From NCBI RefSeq assembly GCF_009914755.1, contig NC_060931.1: DNA of 64,000 nt. One strand, 5' to 3'. Origin of the DNA: the human T2T-CHM13v2.0 reference genome, Homo sapiens. The position numbers were made by a program, and so were the translations under genes. The notes below the pieces were generated by a model, which was not told the DNA's origin, made no database searches, and saw only the letters and a list, made by a program, of their open reading frames with translations. Below are positions 13,188-29,377 of the stretch, one piece after another. Every line of letters begins with the position of its first letter. Within the stretch, counting starts at the first letter, position 1.

Positions 13188-14412
13188 ATGGCCCTTGGAG
13201 TGGACAAAATAAAATTTGGGCTTCAGGACTCTTCCTGACTCGAGGCCTTCCTGAGACCTCCAGCCACACCCAGGGCAGTTAGAGCAAGGAGCTGGGGAGA
13301 AGTCTCCCCACACACCAGCCTCCACCAGAATCACCTAAGGGGATCAACTCCTTCAAAAATATTCTCCAAATGTGAAAGATGACATAATGAAGCTGGGATT
13401 TGAAGAGCTCCCATACGCCCCAAAATCTGAGGAACTGAAGAAGTCCTGGTTTGGTCTCTTGAGGCCTGAGCAGGGGCCAGGCCTCCTCCTTATGTTAATT
13501 AGAACTTGCTTTCCACACAGTCATAAAGAAGGAACTGGTAAAACTCCTAATCATCCAAATGAAGAGAATTATTGAGGAAAATCAGGCTGATAAATAGGAG
13601 AATGAGGGGAAAGAGAGAGGCTATGGCTTGGGAGCAAGGATAAAGTCTTTGTTTTCTCTTTGTTCTCTCTTGCATCTCACCCTCCACTTCTTAAATTCTC
13701 TAAACCCTAAAATATTGAATCCATTGAAATCTTGGAGGGCCATGGCAGTGGTTCTTGGGAATCTGAAGGCAAGAGAAACTGTCTTAATTCCTTTAATTTG
13801 GGTCAGAAATAATGAAAAGCAAAAGATGTGACTTTAGTATCATCGAGGTAGAGGCCAGAATGCTTGGGTATGTTAGGATGAAGCCCTAGGCCCAGGGCTA
13901 AAGTAGATGATGCTAACCTAATGGAAGGAAATTCAATATTTGAAAGTGTTTTCTTCCAATTCTGAAGAAGTTGTATTTCAAACATAGAATATTTGATTGA
14001 ATGTAACATAGTTGTCTGTCCCCAGGAGTTATCTACTGTGGAGGCTGTGCCTGAACTTGGAATGGAAGGTTATTTTTCTCAGGTTCTTGCTTGAGGGTCT
14101 CTAGGTCTCAACATGCAGGGTAAGCTGTGTAAAAACGGCCAAAGACAGTCCATATTCTGATATATGTGGGATTCTATGGAGGGAATGTGAGCAAGAAGCT
14201 GGAGACAGAAATGAAGATCCAGCACAGGTGTCAGCCAGCCAGCCAGCCCGACAAACGGCAAAGAAATTAACAAGTTCTTAAAAGAACATTGCCAACACAG
14301 ACTTTAAGAGTAAAAAATACTAGGTCCTGATGGAATCGAGGATAGAGTTTATGACATTAATATTATCCTACAAGGAGATTCAGTGAAAAACCTGAACACC
14401 ATCTCCCCATAA
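13188..14412 (+). pseudogene. Endogenous bornavirus-like nucleoprotein (EBLN-type) element, decayed
   Basis: Collinear matches to Borna disease virus N (recalled): ELKKSWFGLL..GPGLLLM vs DIRQNAVALL..TPSLVFL; IKSLFSLCSLL (13640-13672) vs ISSIFSHCCSLL; WRAMAVVLGNLKARET (13733-13780) vs FKTMMAALNRPSHGET; GQNAWV vs GQPWV; IEYLIEC (13984-14004) vs IKEYLAEC; SQPASPTNGKEINKF vs IQPGASVKETQLARY; GPDGIEDRVYDINIILQGDSVKNLN (14323-14397) vs [24 protein letters not shown]; then a stop at 14410-14412. The ~1.2 kb length fits N. Multiple stops and frameshifts; the 5' boundary is tentative. Confidence 0.75.
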
Positions 14413-14559
14413 GGGAAGCTAGGCCTGCGATGTGGAGGGCACATGACCCGGGAGGAAGTCAGTGGACCCCCATGCAAGGGGACCACACCTGAAGGGACCA
14501 GATGCAAAGGAGTTGGAAGATGGCCCAACCTCTGCCAGAGACATGGCAATCCATTCCAA

Positions 14560-15046
14560 GCTGAGCCAATAATTGCAGGGTCCACTACATTTAAGACAGC
14601 TCTGTACACATCTCTTGAGGAGGACTTCGATCACTCTCCTGGCTATCATACAAAGATAAACACCCACCTATCACTTGTTGATCATTCAGCAGGAAGAACT
14701 GTCTGTGAACCAAGACAGTCCTATCCCAGGTGTCCTCAATCAGAACTTCCCTCTCTTCAATGGCCCAAGACATCCATAAAGGTTTCTTAAAAAGACGTTG
14801 GGGCGTTGACATCGAGAAATGCAATGGAGTTTGGAAAGGAAAGCTTCTGCACCTGCAAGTGAGGACTAGCGAGAATGGGCTTTCGGTATCCACCTGGGTC
14901 AAGAGAGGGACGGCACTCAATCCTGATGCCACATGAGGTCTGTCATCCTGCCTCCAGACCCCCCACCACTTTACCCTGCTGCTTGACTCAACCTCATGGT
15001 GCTTCTATGGGCTTCTCTCTATGGACTGTCTGTTCATAATGGTTAA
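14560..15046 (+). pseudogene. Endogenous bornavirus-like phosphoprotein (EBLP-type) element, decayed
   Basis: Ordered matches to BDV P (recalled): SLEEDFD (14611-14631) vs SLEDEED; IRTSLSSMAQDIHKGF (14739-14786) vs VRGTLGDISARIEAGF; LPPDPPPLYP (14948-14977) vs LPSHPAPPRIYP. It lies directly downstream of the N-like region on the same strand. Confidence 0.6.
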
Positions 15047-15222
15047 CTGCATTTAGGGAGAAAAAACTGAGAATTTCTTCTCCCTTGAAAGACTAGTACT
15101 GTACATTTTTAATGATTTTTTTGGACTCTATAACTTTCTTCATAAAATTCAATAGTAAAATGTATTTATTTATGTAAATATATATTTATAGATATATAAA
15201 ATGTATATTTTTTATTACTGAG

Positions 15223-15224
<2 letters not shown>

Positions 15225-15258
<34 letters not shown>
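15225..15258. repeat. (AC)17 microsatellite
   Basis: Perfect dinucleotide run. Confidence 0.97.
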
Positions 15259-15260
<2 letters not shown>

Positions 15261-16194
15261 TGTCAAACCTAGCAAATTGTATCTTTAAGAAATCCCATAG
15301 GATAACTATGAATGCAGGCTGATTACATTTTTTTAAAAATATGACTATTTTTTTAAAAAAATTACCCTAGAAATAATTATCTCTGCTTGTTCCCTTTTTT
15401 GGCTTAACTTTCAGGTGTCCATACCCTTGCAAGCTGTTAGTGCAGTGCTGACAGCTGGTCTCTGACTCTGGCTTGCTTTCTTGATTTTGCCCTGCCTTCT
15501 CCAACTGGTCCTCGTGTTTATCTTCTATCCCAACACACTCCTGGCCGACTCCTCTTCTTGAGTTACCGGTATTTTGTGGCCAGCGCATCAGGATAATTTT
15601 AGCAAAGGCAGAAAAGGAAAGAGTTGTGCGATTTTTTTATTCTTCCTAATCTCTCTTTCTGGAGAAATGAATCTGGGAAAAGAAAGGGGAAGTCCAATAG
15701 GAAAGGCCAGCATAGATTGCTGTGCTTCTGAAAAGAGAGAGGATTATACAGACGGCTGGCCTGGACTGAGTAGTTGACCCCCAAGGGGACCACCACAAGG
15801 GGCCCACAGCTCTCTCCCTGGGATTGCTCCCCACTTCACCCATGCTACTTATGGTGGTAGATGGAGTTGAAGGGATCCACTTAGGAGCTCTGGGGCCCTG
15901 GTGGATCCTATTCCATAACAGGACACTGCATCAGCCCAGACCTGAAATGCCTGGACACATTAATAGCTTCTTTACAATTTTTTTTTTTTTTTGGTGGGGA
16001 AGGGGGTGGTGATCCATAGCAATTCTTGGTTGATTGATTACTTCTGATTTCAAGTAAGTTATTATTAACTTTCTGGCTCATACACAAGTTGACTGCTGTA
16101 TCCTTTGTACCAATAACTTTATCAGAACAACAGCTGAATATATTGTTATTCTCATCTCTATAATCATTCCCCTCTTCAAAGTAGGTATCATGGC

Positions 16195-16445
16195 TAATAA
16201 CATTAATAGTAGCAAAATAGATGGCACTTTCACTGGTCAGGAGCTGTTGTAAGTCGTTTACAAATATTAACTCATGTAATACTCATGATAACCCTGAGAA
16301 AGTTACTCTAGTCATTCTTATTTAACAGATGAGAAAACTAAGCAGAGACAGGTTGAATAACTTTCCAATCTCTCTCCACTTACCACAAGTGGAGCTGGAA
16401 GTCAGACTGAGATAGTCGGACTCTAAAGTCTAAGTTTTCAATCAT
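16195..16445 (-). mobile_element. MIR
   Basis: tatttaacagatgagaaaactaagcagagacaggttgaataactt core. Confidence 0.7.
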
Positions 16446-18119
16446 TAAATTATTTGTCTTTATACAATCATCAATGCCTAACACAAAGTGTTAAGTAAAT
16501 GAGTGCTTAAGAAAAATCTGAGTAAATTGTTCTAACTGAGGATATTAAAACTGGGATCTGTAGCAAGTGCTTTAACATAGTAAAGTATTTTCTTTGGTAT
16601 ACTGTCAACCTATATTGGAAAACTGAGCCTTCAAGAGGTAAGCCCTAACCCCTTGGGTAGGGCTAGGGTTGAAAGCCATCTGCTGATTCCATATCCAGGA
16701 CTCTGCTTACTATTCTGCCAAGTGATCCTTCTCTCAGGCCTTCTTGGAAGAGTAACCCAGACAACTGCAGGATCCCTTGGTCTTCCTGTGGCTCAGGCCT
16801 GCTCTCTGAGGCCCTCACACAGCAGATTGACCAAAGGCCTCATTCTAGCTCATTTTGTGTAAAAAGGGATAAGTGCAGAAGGAGGCCTGGGGCACCATGG
16901 AACCACAGTGTCCAAGGGTCCTCACTGTGGTCCTAACTAAGCTTCATCCAATGGCTTGACTTTCAAATCAAAAGTGAGAAAGTCTAGGTTCTGTTCCTTC
17001 CCCATCAGTAATCCTGTGCTCTTGAATCATTCCCATTCTGAGTAAGAGCAGTCAGGGTGAAAAATCAGGACTGGCTCTCAGCCTCCAATCCCATTTTCCA
17101 ACAACTGGAAACTCTCCTATTTGGGTCCCTCAGGAAGGCTTGAGCTTCCGGGAATCCACCTGAAGACCACCAAGGTAGTTGTTCATTGCAAATGACCCCT
17201 GTTTTGCCTTTTGGATTCAATGACCAACAAAAGTCACAATGCCTCAAATTAAGATACAACTTTTTAAAAATGTAAATTTAATTACACAGTTGAGGGTCTT
17301 CAGATAAATCAGGGAGAGTTTTGGTTTACAAATAAAGGCACAAGAATTTTGCTTTATGAATAAAGTCACAAGACTTATGGTTCACAAGTAATAAGCTACC
17401 ACTTTTCATGATTTTTGCCAAGTCATATCACTTGACTACTCCCACTTTGTCAGTGAAACTAAAACCCTCTGCTTCTCACATGGCTTTAATGAGATGAGGT
17501 AATGCATTTAGTGGGCATTAATTTTTTTGCCCTTTCATACAAGCTTAGATTTCCCGCTTCCCCTCTTCATTATTTATTCTCAATCACCTTTAGTAAAATA
17601 CTTTATTTCTTTTTTCATCCTGTTCTCCCTAGGAAACAAGAAAAGGTCAATTCACCATCTTTGTAAGAAAGAGAAAAAATAGCTTTGGGAGATTTTACGA
17701 GGTGGCTTTCTAATCCAGGCACAGGGCTCCAGTCTGAGTCTTTGTTTAGAAAAGAGTTTTTCACAAGATGTTTTTCCACAGATAGCACTTTGGTGGCTTT
17801 ACAGGCTTCTGTGGGGAGACGGTCATCTGTGGTGGCTCTTCCAGCCAAGCATTACATTTTTGTTCTTCCCAGTGATTTCAGGGAAGAAGACTCGGCTTAT
17901 AGCTCAATGTTGACTGTTATCAGCTCCTTACAGTATACCACATGCAGTCTAGTAATTCAAAACGGTAAATTATTTGTTAATTATTGAAGGTTAATTGTAG
18001 AAGACCTAGAAAGCATGTAAGTAGAAAAGTTGGTCTCCAAAATCTACCACCCAGGAGATTCCCTGTTGTGATGTTGATGATTTCAGAAAACATTACACGT
18101 GCACATTACACCTTTCCCA

Positions 18120-18795
18120 GCCCAGGTGTCCCTCAGCAGGAGACTGGATAAACTGTGGTGCATTTAAACACTGGAGTAGGATTCAGCAGTACAAAGGAAT
18201 GAGCCACCTATACACAAACAATATGGACGAAGCTCAAAAAATAATGCTGAGTGAAAAAAGCTTTACATGCCGAGTACACATTGTATGAGTCCACTCATAT
18301 GCAGTTCTAGCGCAGGTAAATCTTGTCGATGATGGAAAAACTGGAAGAATGTCTGCTGTGGCAGGACAAGGCAGAAAGTGAGAAATAGGCAATGAAACTT
18401 TCTAGGTGATTGTGACATTCTATATCTCGACAGGGATTTGCATTACACAGGTGTATGCATTTGTCAAAATTCATTTAATGATACACTTAAGTTTTGTGTA
18501 TTTCATTTATGTGAATTTTACCTAGAAAAGTATAAAAAAATTGATATCAGTTAATCATATGCAAACTATTTAGATGGAAGTAAACTGATATCTGCAGGTT
18601 ATTTTGAAATGCATTACGCAAAAGATGGATTGATGGATGGACAAAGATAGATGGACAGATCTGTGATAAAGCAAGTATAGTGAGAGTTTAATTAAAGAAT
18701 CTAGGTGTAATTACATGGGTGTTTTCTGTGCAATTCATTCAATTTTTCTGAGGGCTTAAATGTTTTTCATATTCAACTGTCAGTAAGAAAAAGAA
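18120..18795 (+). mobile_element. L1ME-type 3' end
   Basis: ggataaactgtggt...aaggaatgagc...atgctgagtgaaaaaagc...gtatgcatttgtcaaaattca. Confidence 0.8.
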
Positions 18796-19349
18796 CACAA
18801 CATGTTTCTATGTCAAATATGCTCCCACAACATTTTAAAGGACATAAAATCAACAACACCTAAAGAATGGAATACAATACCATCACTGTTAAACATGTAG
18901 GTTTTTTTAAAGTTTATAGTACATCTTACACTTAGCTGTTTAGACACTTGACTTATTAGATCCTTAGGATAAATTCCTACCAACATCAATGTTGACTCAA
19001 TAAAGAATTACAGATTTGGTTCCTATTGCACTGTTTTCCTCCTGAAGATATGGGACAGTTTTCTCACTTACTAAAGAAAAGACATCTACTTCCTCATATT
19101 TCCATAAAGATTGAGTTTTGTTCTTTTTGTCATCTTTGCTAATCAGTTTGATATTTTTAATGGAATACCCTTATCATTTATTATTTAGATTAATCCCTGA
19201 GGTTTTCAGCAACAAGAGAAAGAGACTTAAAAAAAAGAGGAGAGAATTTTCAATGCCCAGTGTTTGAACCTCAGAACCCATCTGAATTTCAAAGATCGAA
19301 ACCATGACAGATCTCCAGCCTATTTTCATGATTTGAAATGCAATCAGTA

Positions 19350-19418
19350 CAGTCATCCTTTGGTATCTGCAGGGTATTGGTTCCAGGACCCCCACATGTA
19401 TCAAAATCTGTGGATGCT
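19350..19418 (+). mobile_element. MER2 (Tigger) terminal fragment
   Basis: cagtcatcctttggtatctgcagggtattggttccaggacccc...caaaatctgtggatgct. Confidence 0.7.
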
Positions 19419-20750
19419 GACAATCTGCAGAGAGATCGTCTAACTGAAAGCAAAAATCAGTTCTATCTAGTATTTTCTCTGAGACTATTCCATGAATGTA
19501 TATGTGATATAAGTTTGTGGGAGGCACTTACCCTTCATGCTATGATATCACTATGCTTTGAAAATTGTAATTTGGGAGTTGCAGATGCTAGCACTTTGGG
19601 GTTATTAGCAAGCTGTATAAAAACCCAATGAATGCCAAGCTTGGATCACTCATATCTGAATGATGATTAAAAACTCATACAATTCCTGCACCAATTCAAT
19701 GTGCCAGAGGGGGCAGCACACAAACAAAACACTCACTTGGCTCCTGTTCTCCTCCAGCTCATTGTGGTGTAGATTACAGTCCTGTTTTATCCCTTTCTCT
19801 GGCTCTTTCAGCAACAGATAAAACCACTGAAGCCACTCAGCAGACAAACACACCAGCTCACGAGCCCAGAGGACAATTTTCCTTTCCCAGCAGCAGCACA
19901 TGGTCCTTCCCCGGGCTTTCCAGATGACCTTTATAGCAGCAGCTGACTTCTTGAATGGTTTGTATTTTGATGGGCTATCTAAGCAAAATAACAAAGCAGT
20001 ATTGCCTTGTCTAAGAGCCTGAGATTCAGATTTTAGATCCATCTTGCATTTGGTTTGATTTGAAAATGAGATTTTTAGAAGACAAAAGCAAATGTGTGTA
20101 TGTATTCCTCATCAAGGTTTAAACCATTGGTGAGCACCAGGTGCATTTTACAATTTCCAAAAATGATATTAAGTGTTAAACAAGTTTTAGACAGTATTCC
20201 AATATTAGGTTCTAAAAGGGTCAGCCAATTTCATCCGCTTGAAAATCACGTTATCTGATTCTCTATAAAAGTTGATACTAACGGTTGATTTCCTGTTGAA
20301 ATTTCACTTTTCTCTCTGATTTCCTCGACATTGCACTTTCTAGTTTCCATCTACCTGCCTGAACATCTCTTTTCTGTCTTGACTGGCTTATTTCATTTAT
20401 CCTCAACTCTAGAAATACTTGTTATTCAAACTTCAGGCTTCAGCTTTGTATTCTATCTTGACTTTCTCCTATAAAATTAGGAGCCAAAATCAGTTCCAAA
20501 CTTTTTGGATGGGTTCCTAAAAGTGGAATTAAATTTAAAATTCTTATAATATGTATATAAATTGGTACAACTTGTTTGGAAGACAATTTTCATTTCTGCC
20601 AGCTGCAGAGAAAAACAATTTCCCTTTGTACTTGCCAAGCAAGACCCTTCCATGCTCAGAGCTGGATAGATCAACTGATGAAAAAGGGTCTCATCCAACC
20701 CTTAGCCAGTCATATGGATCATCGTGTTCTTTTTCTATTTTTAAAATTAA

Positions 20751-21125
<375 letters not shown>

Positions 21126-21552
21126 TAAATATTACAAATCTTTTTCCAGCTTTATTTACATTTTAATTTTCAATGTGTTTTTCTTCATTGTGAAGAGCAT
21201 TTAATGTAGTCATCTCATTTTCTATGAGCTAAAGAATGAGCACAGAGCTGTGATGGTTAAGAAACTTGGTGAGAGCGGTGAAGGCATAAATTAATTATCG
21301 TATCAGAAGAAAGAGCTAAATGGAGAAATGTGAAAAAATTGCAGACACAATATCTATTGACCATCATTTCAGTGTATCAATTTTCTTTATCTGTTCTCAT
21401 CTACTATTTAATTTATCCATCAATGTTTTATTTCAATTCCTGTATTTTTTGAGTTTTGAATTATTAATTCTTTCATCTGTTGTATAGACCGAATCCTCCT
21501 CATCGTGCTTTGTTTGCAAATATGAACATTTAATGTGCTCAACTGAGTGTCT

Positions 21553-26245
<4,693 letters not shown>

Positions 26246-27191
26246 GAACAATCCTTCTTAAAGTTTTATAAGAATCTGAAAAGGAGGGACTACTTATATA
26301 CTCATTCTATGAGACCAGCATTATCCTAATACCAACATCAGAAAAAGATGATACTAGGAAAGAAAACTACATACCAATATCTTTTACAAAAATTGACACA
26401 TAAATCTTCAACAAAATACTAGTCAACTAAATTCCACAACATCTTAAAAATAATATAAATGATGCCCAAGTAAAATTTATTCTGGGAATGTAAGGATGGT
26501 TCATATATTAAAAAATCAATTAATATAATACACCACATTAACAGAATAAAAGACAAAAACTACATAATTATTTCAATTGAAAAAAATATTTGACAATATT
26601 CAACATACTTTATAATAAAAACTAGGAATAAATAAAAACAAACTAGAAATAAAAGGAAATTACCTCAATATAATAAAAGCCACACATGACAAACCCACAG
26701 AAAACACCATATTGAGTAGTAAAAGACTAAAAGCTTTTCCTTTAAGATCAGGAACAAACCAAGGATGCTTCCTTTCACCACTTCTATTCAACATCATACT
26801 AGAAGTCCTAGTCAGAGCAATTAAGCAAGCAATGAAGTAAATGTTATCAAAATTGAAAAAGAAGTAAAGTACCTTTGTTCACAGATGATATGAACTCATA
26901 TGTAGAAACATTAAAGATTCCACACAAAAATCTCTTAGAACTAATAAATGAATTAAGCAAAGTGGTAGGATACAAATTTAACACAGAGATCAGTTGCAGT
27001 ACTATGTAATAACAAAGAACAATCTGAAAAGGAAATTTGAGACAACTCCATTTATTATAGCCTTAAAAAAGCTTATGAATTTACTTAATGACAGAGGCAA
27101 AAACTTGTACAATGAAAACTAGAAAACACTTCCAAAAGGATTTAAAGATGAAAAATCAATGGAAATATGCACCGTGTTCATGGACTGGAAG

Positions 27192-27476
27192 TTTTTTTTG
27201 TTTGTTTTTTGTTTTTTTTTTTTACAGGGTCCCACTCTGTCTCCCAGGCTGGAGTACAGTGGCACGATCTCGGCTCACTGCAATGTCCACCTTCCCAGAT
27301 TCAAGCAATTCTTCTGCCACAGCCTCCGAAGTAGCTGGGGCTACAGTTGTGCACCACCATGCCCCACTAATTTTTGTATTTTTAGTAGAGATGGGGTTTC
27401 ACCATATTGGCCAGGCTGGTCTTGAACTCCTGACCTTGTGATCCACCTGCCTCCCAAAGTGCTGGGATTACAGGCA
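27192..27476 (-). mobile_element. AluS (Sg-like)
   Basis: Dimer with TSD ctggaagtttt on both sides. Confidence 0.92.
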
Positions 27477-27632
27477 AGGGCTGGAAGTTTTAATAATATT
27501 AAGATGTCAATAATACTCAATGCAATCTGTAGATTAAATATAATCATCCCAACAATAAATTTTTGCAAAAATAGAAACATTTATTCTAAAAGTTATAAGA
27601 AATCTCAAAGACCCTTAATAGCCCAAACAATA

Positions 27633-27923
27633 TTTTCATTTGTTTATTTTTGAGACAGGTCTCACTTTGTCACCTAGGCTGGAGTGCAGTGGTGCAATCT
27701 CAGCTCAATGCAGCCTTGACCTCCTGGGGTCACGCAAACCCCCATCTCAGACTTCCAGGTAGCTGGGACTTCAGGCACGCACCACTATGCCCAGCTAATT
27801 TTTTGTAGAGAAGAGGTCTCACTATGTTGCCCAGACTGGTCTTGAGCTCCTGGGCTCAAGCATTCTGCCTGCCTCAGCCTCCCAAAGTGCTGGGATTACA
27901 GGTGTGAGGCACCCCACCTAGCC
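27633..27923 (-). mobile_element. AluJ
   Basis: Diagnostic ctcctgggctcaagc. TSD agcccaaacaat at 27620-27631 and 27924-27935. Confidence 0.92.
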
Positions 27924-28714
27924 AGCCCAAACAATCTTAAAAATGAAGAAGATATCTGAAGGACTCACACTTACTGATTTCAAAACTTAATTTCAAAAGC
28001 TGCAGTAATAAAAACTGTGATACTGGCATAAAGACAGCAGACACATTAACGAATAAACTAGAACAGAGAGCTCAGAAGTAATCCCTTGCATATATGAAAA
28101 TAGGATTTCATTTTGACAAGGGTGCCAAGATCACCAATGAAGAAAGAAAAGTCTTTTCAAAAAATTGTAGTGAGAAAACTGGATATCCACCTACAAAAGA
28201 ATGAACTCAAACCCTTATCTAACATAAAATTAAAAATTAACTCAAAATGGATAAGACTAATCATTAAAGCTAAAACTATAAAACTCTCAAAAGGAAACAG
28301 GAAAAAAGCTTCACAACATTGTATTTGGCAATAATTGCTCAGATATGATACCAAAGGTACAAGCAACAAACAAAAAAATACACAAATTGAACTTCATGAA
28401 AACTAAAAGTTTTCAAGCATCAAAATGCATTATAAACAGAGTGAAAAAGCATCCTATGCAATGGGAGAAAATACTTGCAAATCATATGTCTGATAAAAGA
28501 TTAGTATCCAGAATATACAGATGACTCCTGTAACTCAACAACAAAAACACAACCTGATTAAAAATGGGCAAAGAACCTACAAAAACATTTCTTCAAAGAA
28601 GATGTACAAATAGCAAATAAGCACATGAAAAAAAAGTTCAACGTCACTGATCATCAGAGAGATGTAAACCCAAACTACAATGAGATACCACCTCACACAC
28701 CCTAAGATAGCTAC

Positions 28715-28921
28715 TATATATGTATATTATACATATTGTATTATTATAATGCAATAATATTACATGTATATTACATATATAATTACATGAATAACATATA
28801 TTACATATGATAATATAGATGTATAATTATTACATGTAATCATGTATATAAGGATGTTACTTGTGATTATATATTATATTATAATATAATATATAATTAT
28901 AATATATATTGTTTATATATG
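28715..28921. repeat. TA-rich low-complexity expansion inside L1
   Basis: Degenerate (TATATTA/TTACATA)n. Confidence 0.85.
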
Positions 28922-29377
28922 CAGAAACAGAAAATAACCGGTGTCCAGGTGTTGTCTTTGATGTGGAGAAAATACAATACTTGTGCATTGTTAGTGGGAA
29001 TGTAAAATGGTACAGATTTTAGGGAAAACAGCATAGCAGTTCTTAAAAAAAATTTTTTTTAATGCCAAATGATTTCAGTTCTGGGTATAAACTCAAAAGA
29101 ATTGAAAGCACATTCTTGAAGAGATATTTGTGTACTCTGTTCATAGCAGCATTATTAAAAATAGCTAAAGTATGAAAGCAACCCAAGTGTTCATCAATAG
29201 ATAAGTGGATAAGCAAAATGTTATATGTACGTACAATGGAATATTATATGCCTTTAAAAAGAAGGAAATACTGACATATGCTAAAGCATAAATGAAACTT
29301 GAGGACATTATACTAAGTGAAATAAGCCAGTCACAAAAGACTAATACCATGTGATTCTACTTCTATGAGATACCTAG

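Noticed and set aside
13188-14412. Assigning a gene symbol such as EBLN1 or EBLN2
   Set aside because: Those loci retain long ORFs, whereas this element is fragmented; identity with a named locus cannot be established from the sequence.
14591-14932. 113-aa minus-strand ORF
   Set aside because: Antisense to the P-like region, with no recognisable similarity.
15863-15909. Small hairpin ggatccac...gtggatcc
   Set aside because: An 8-bp perfect stem is expected by chance in 64 kb.
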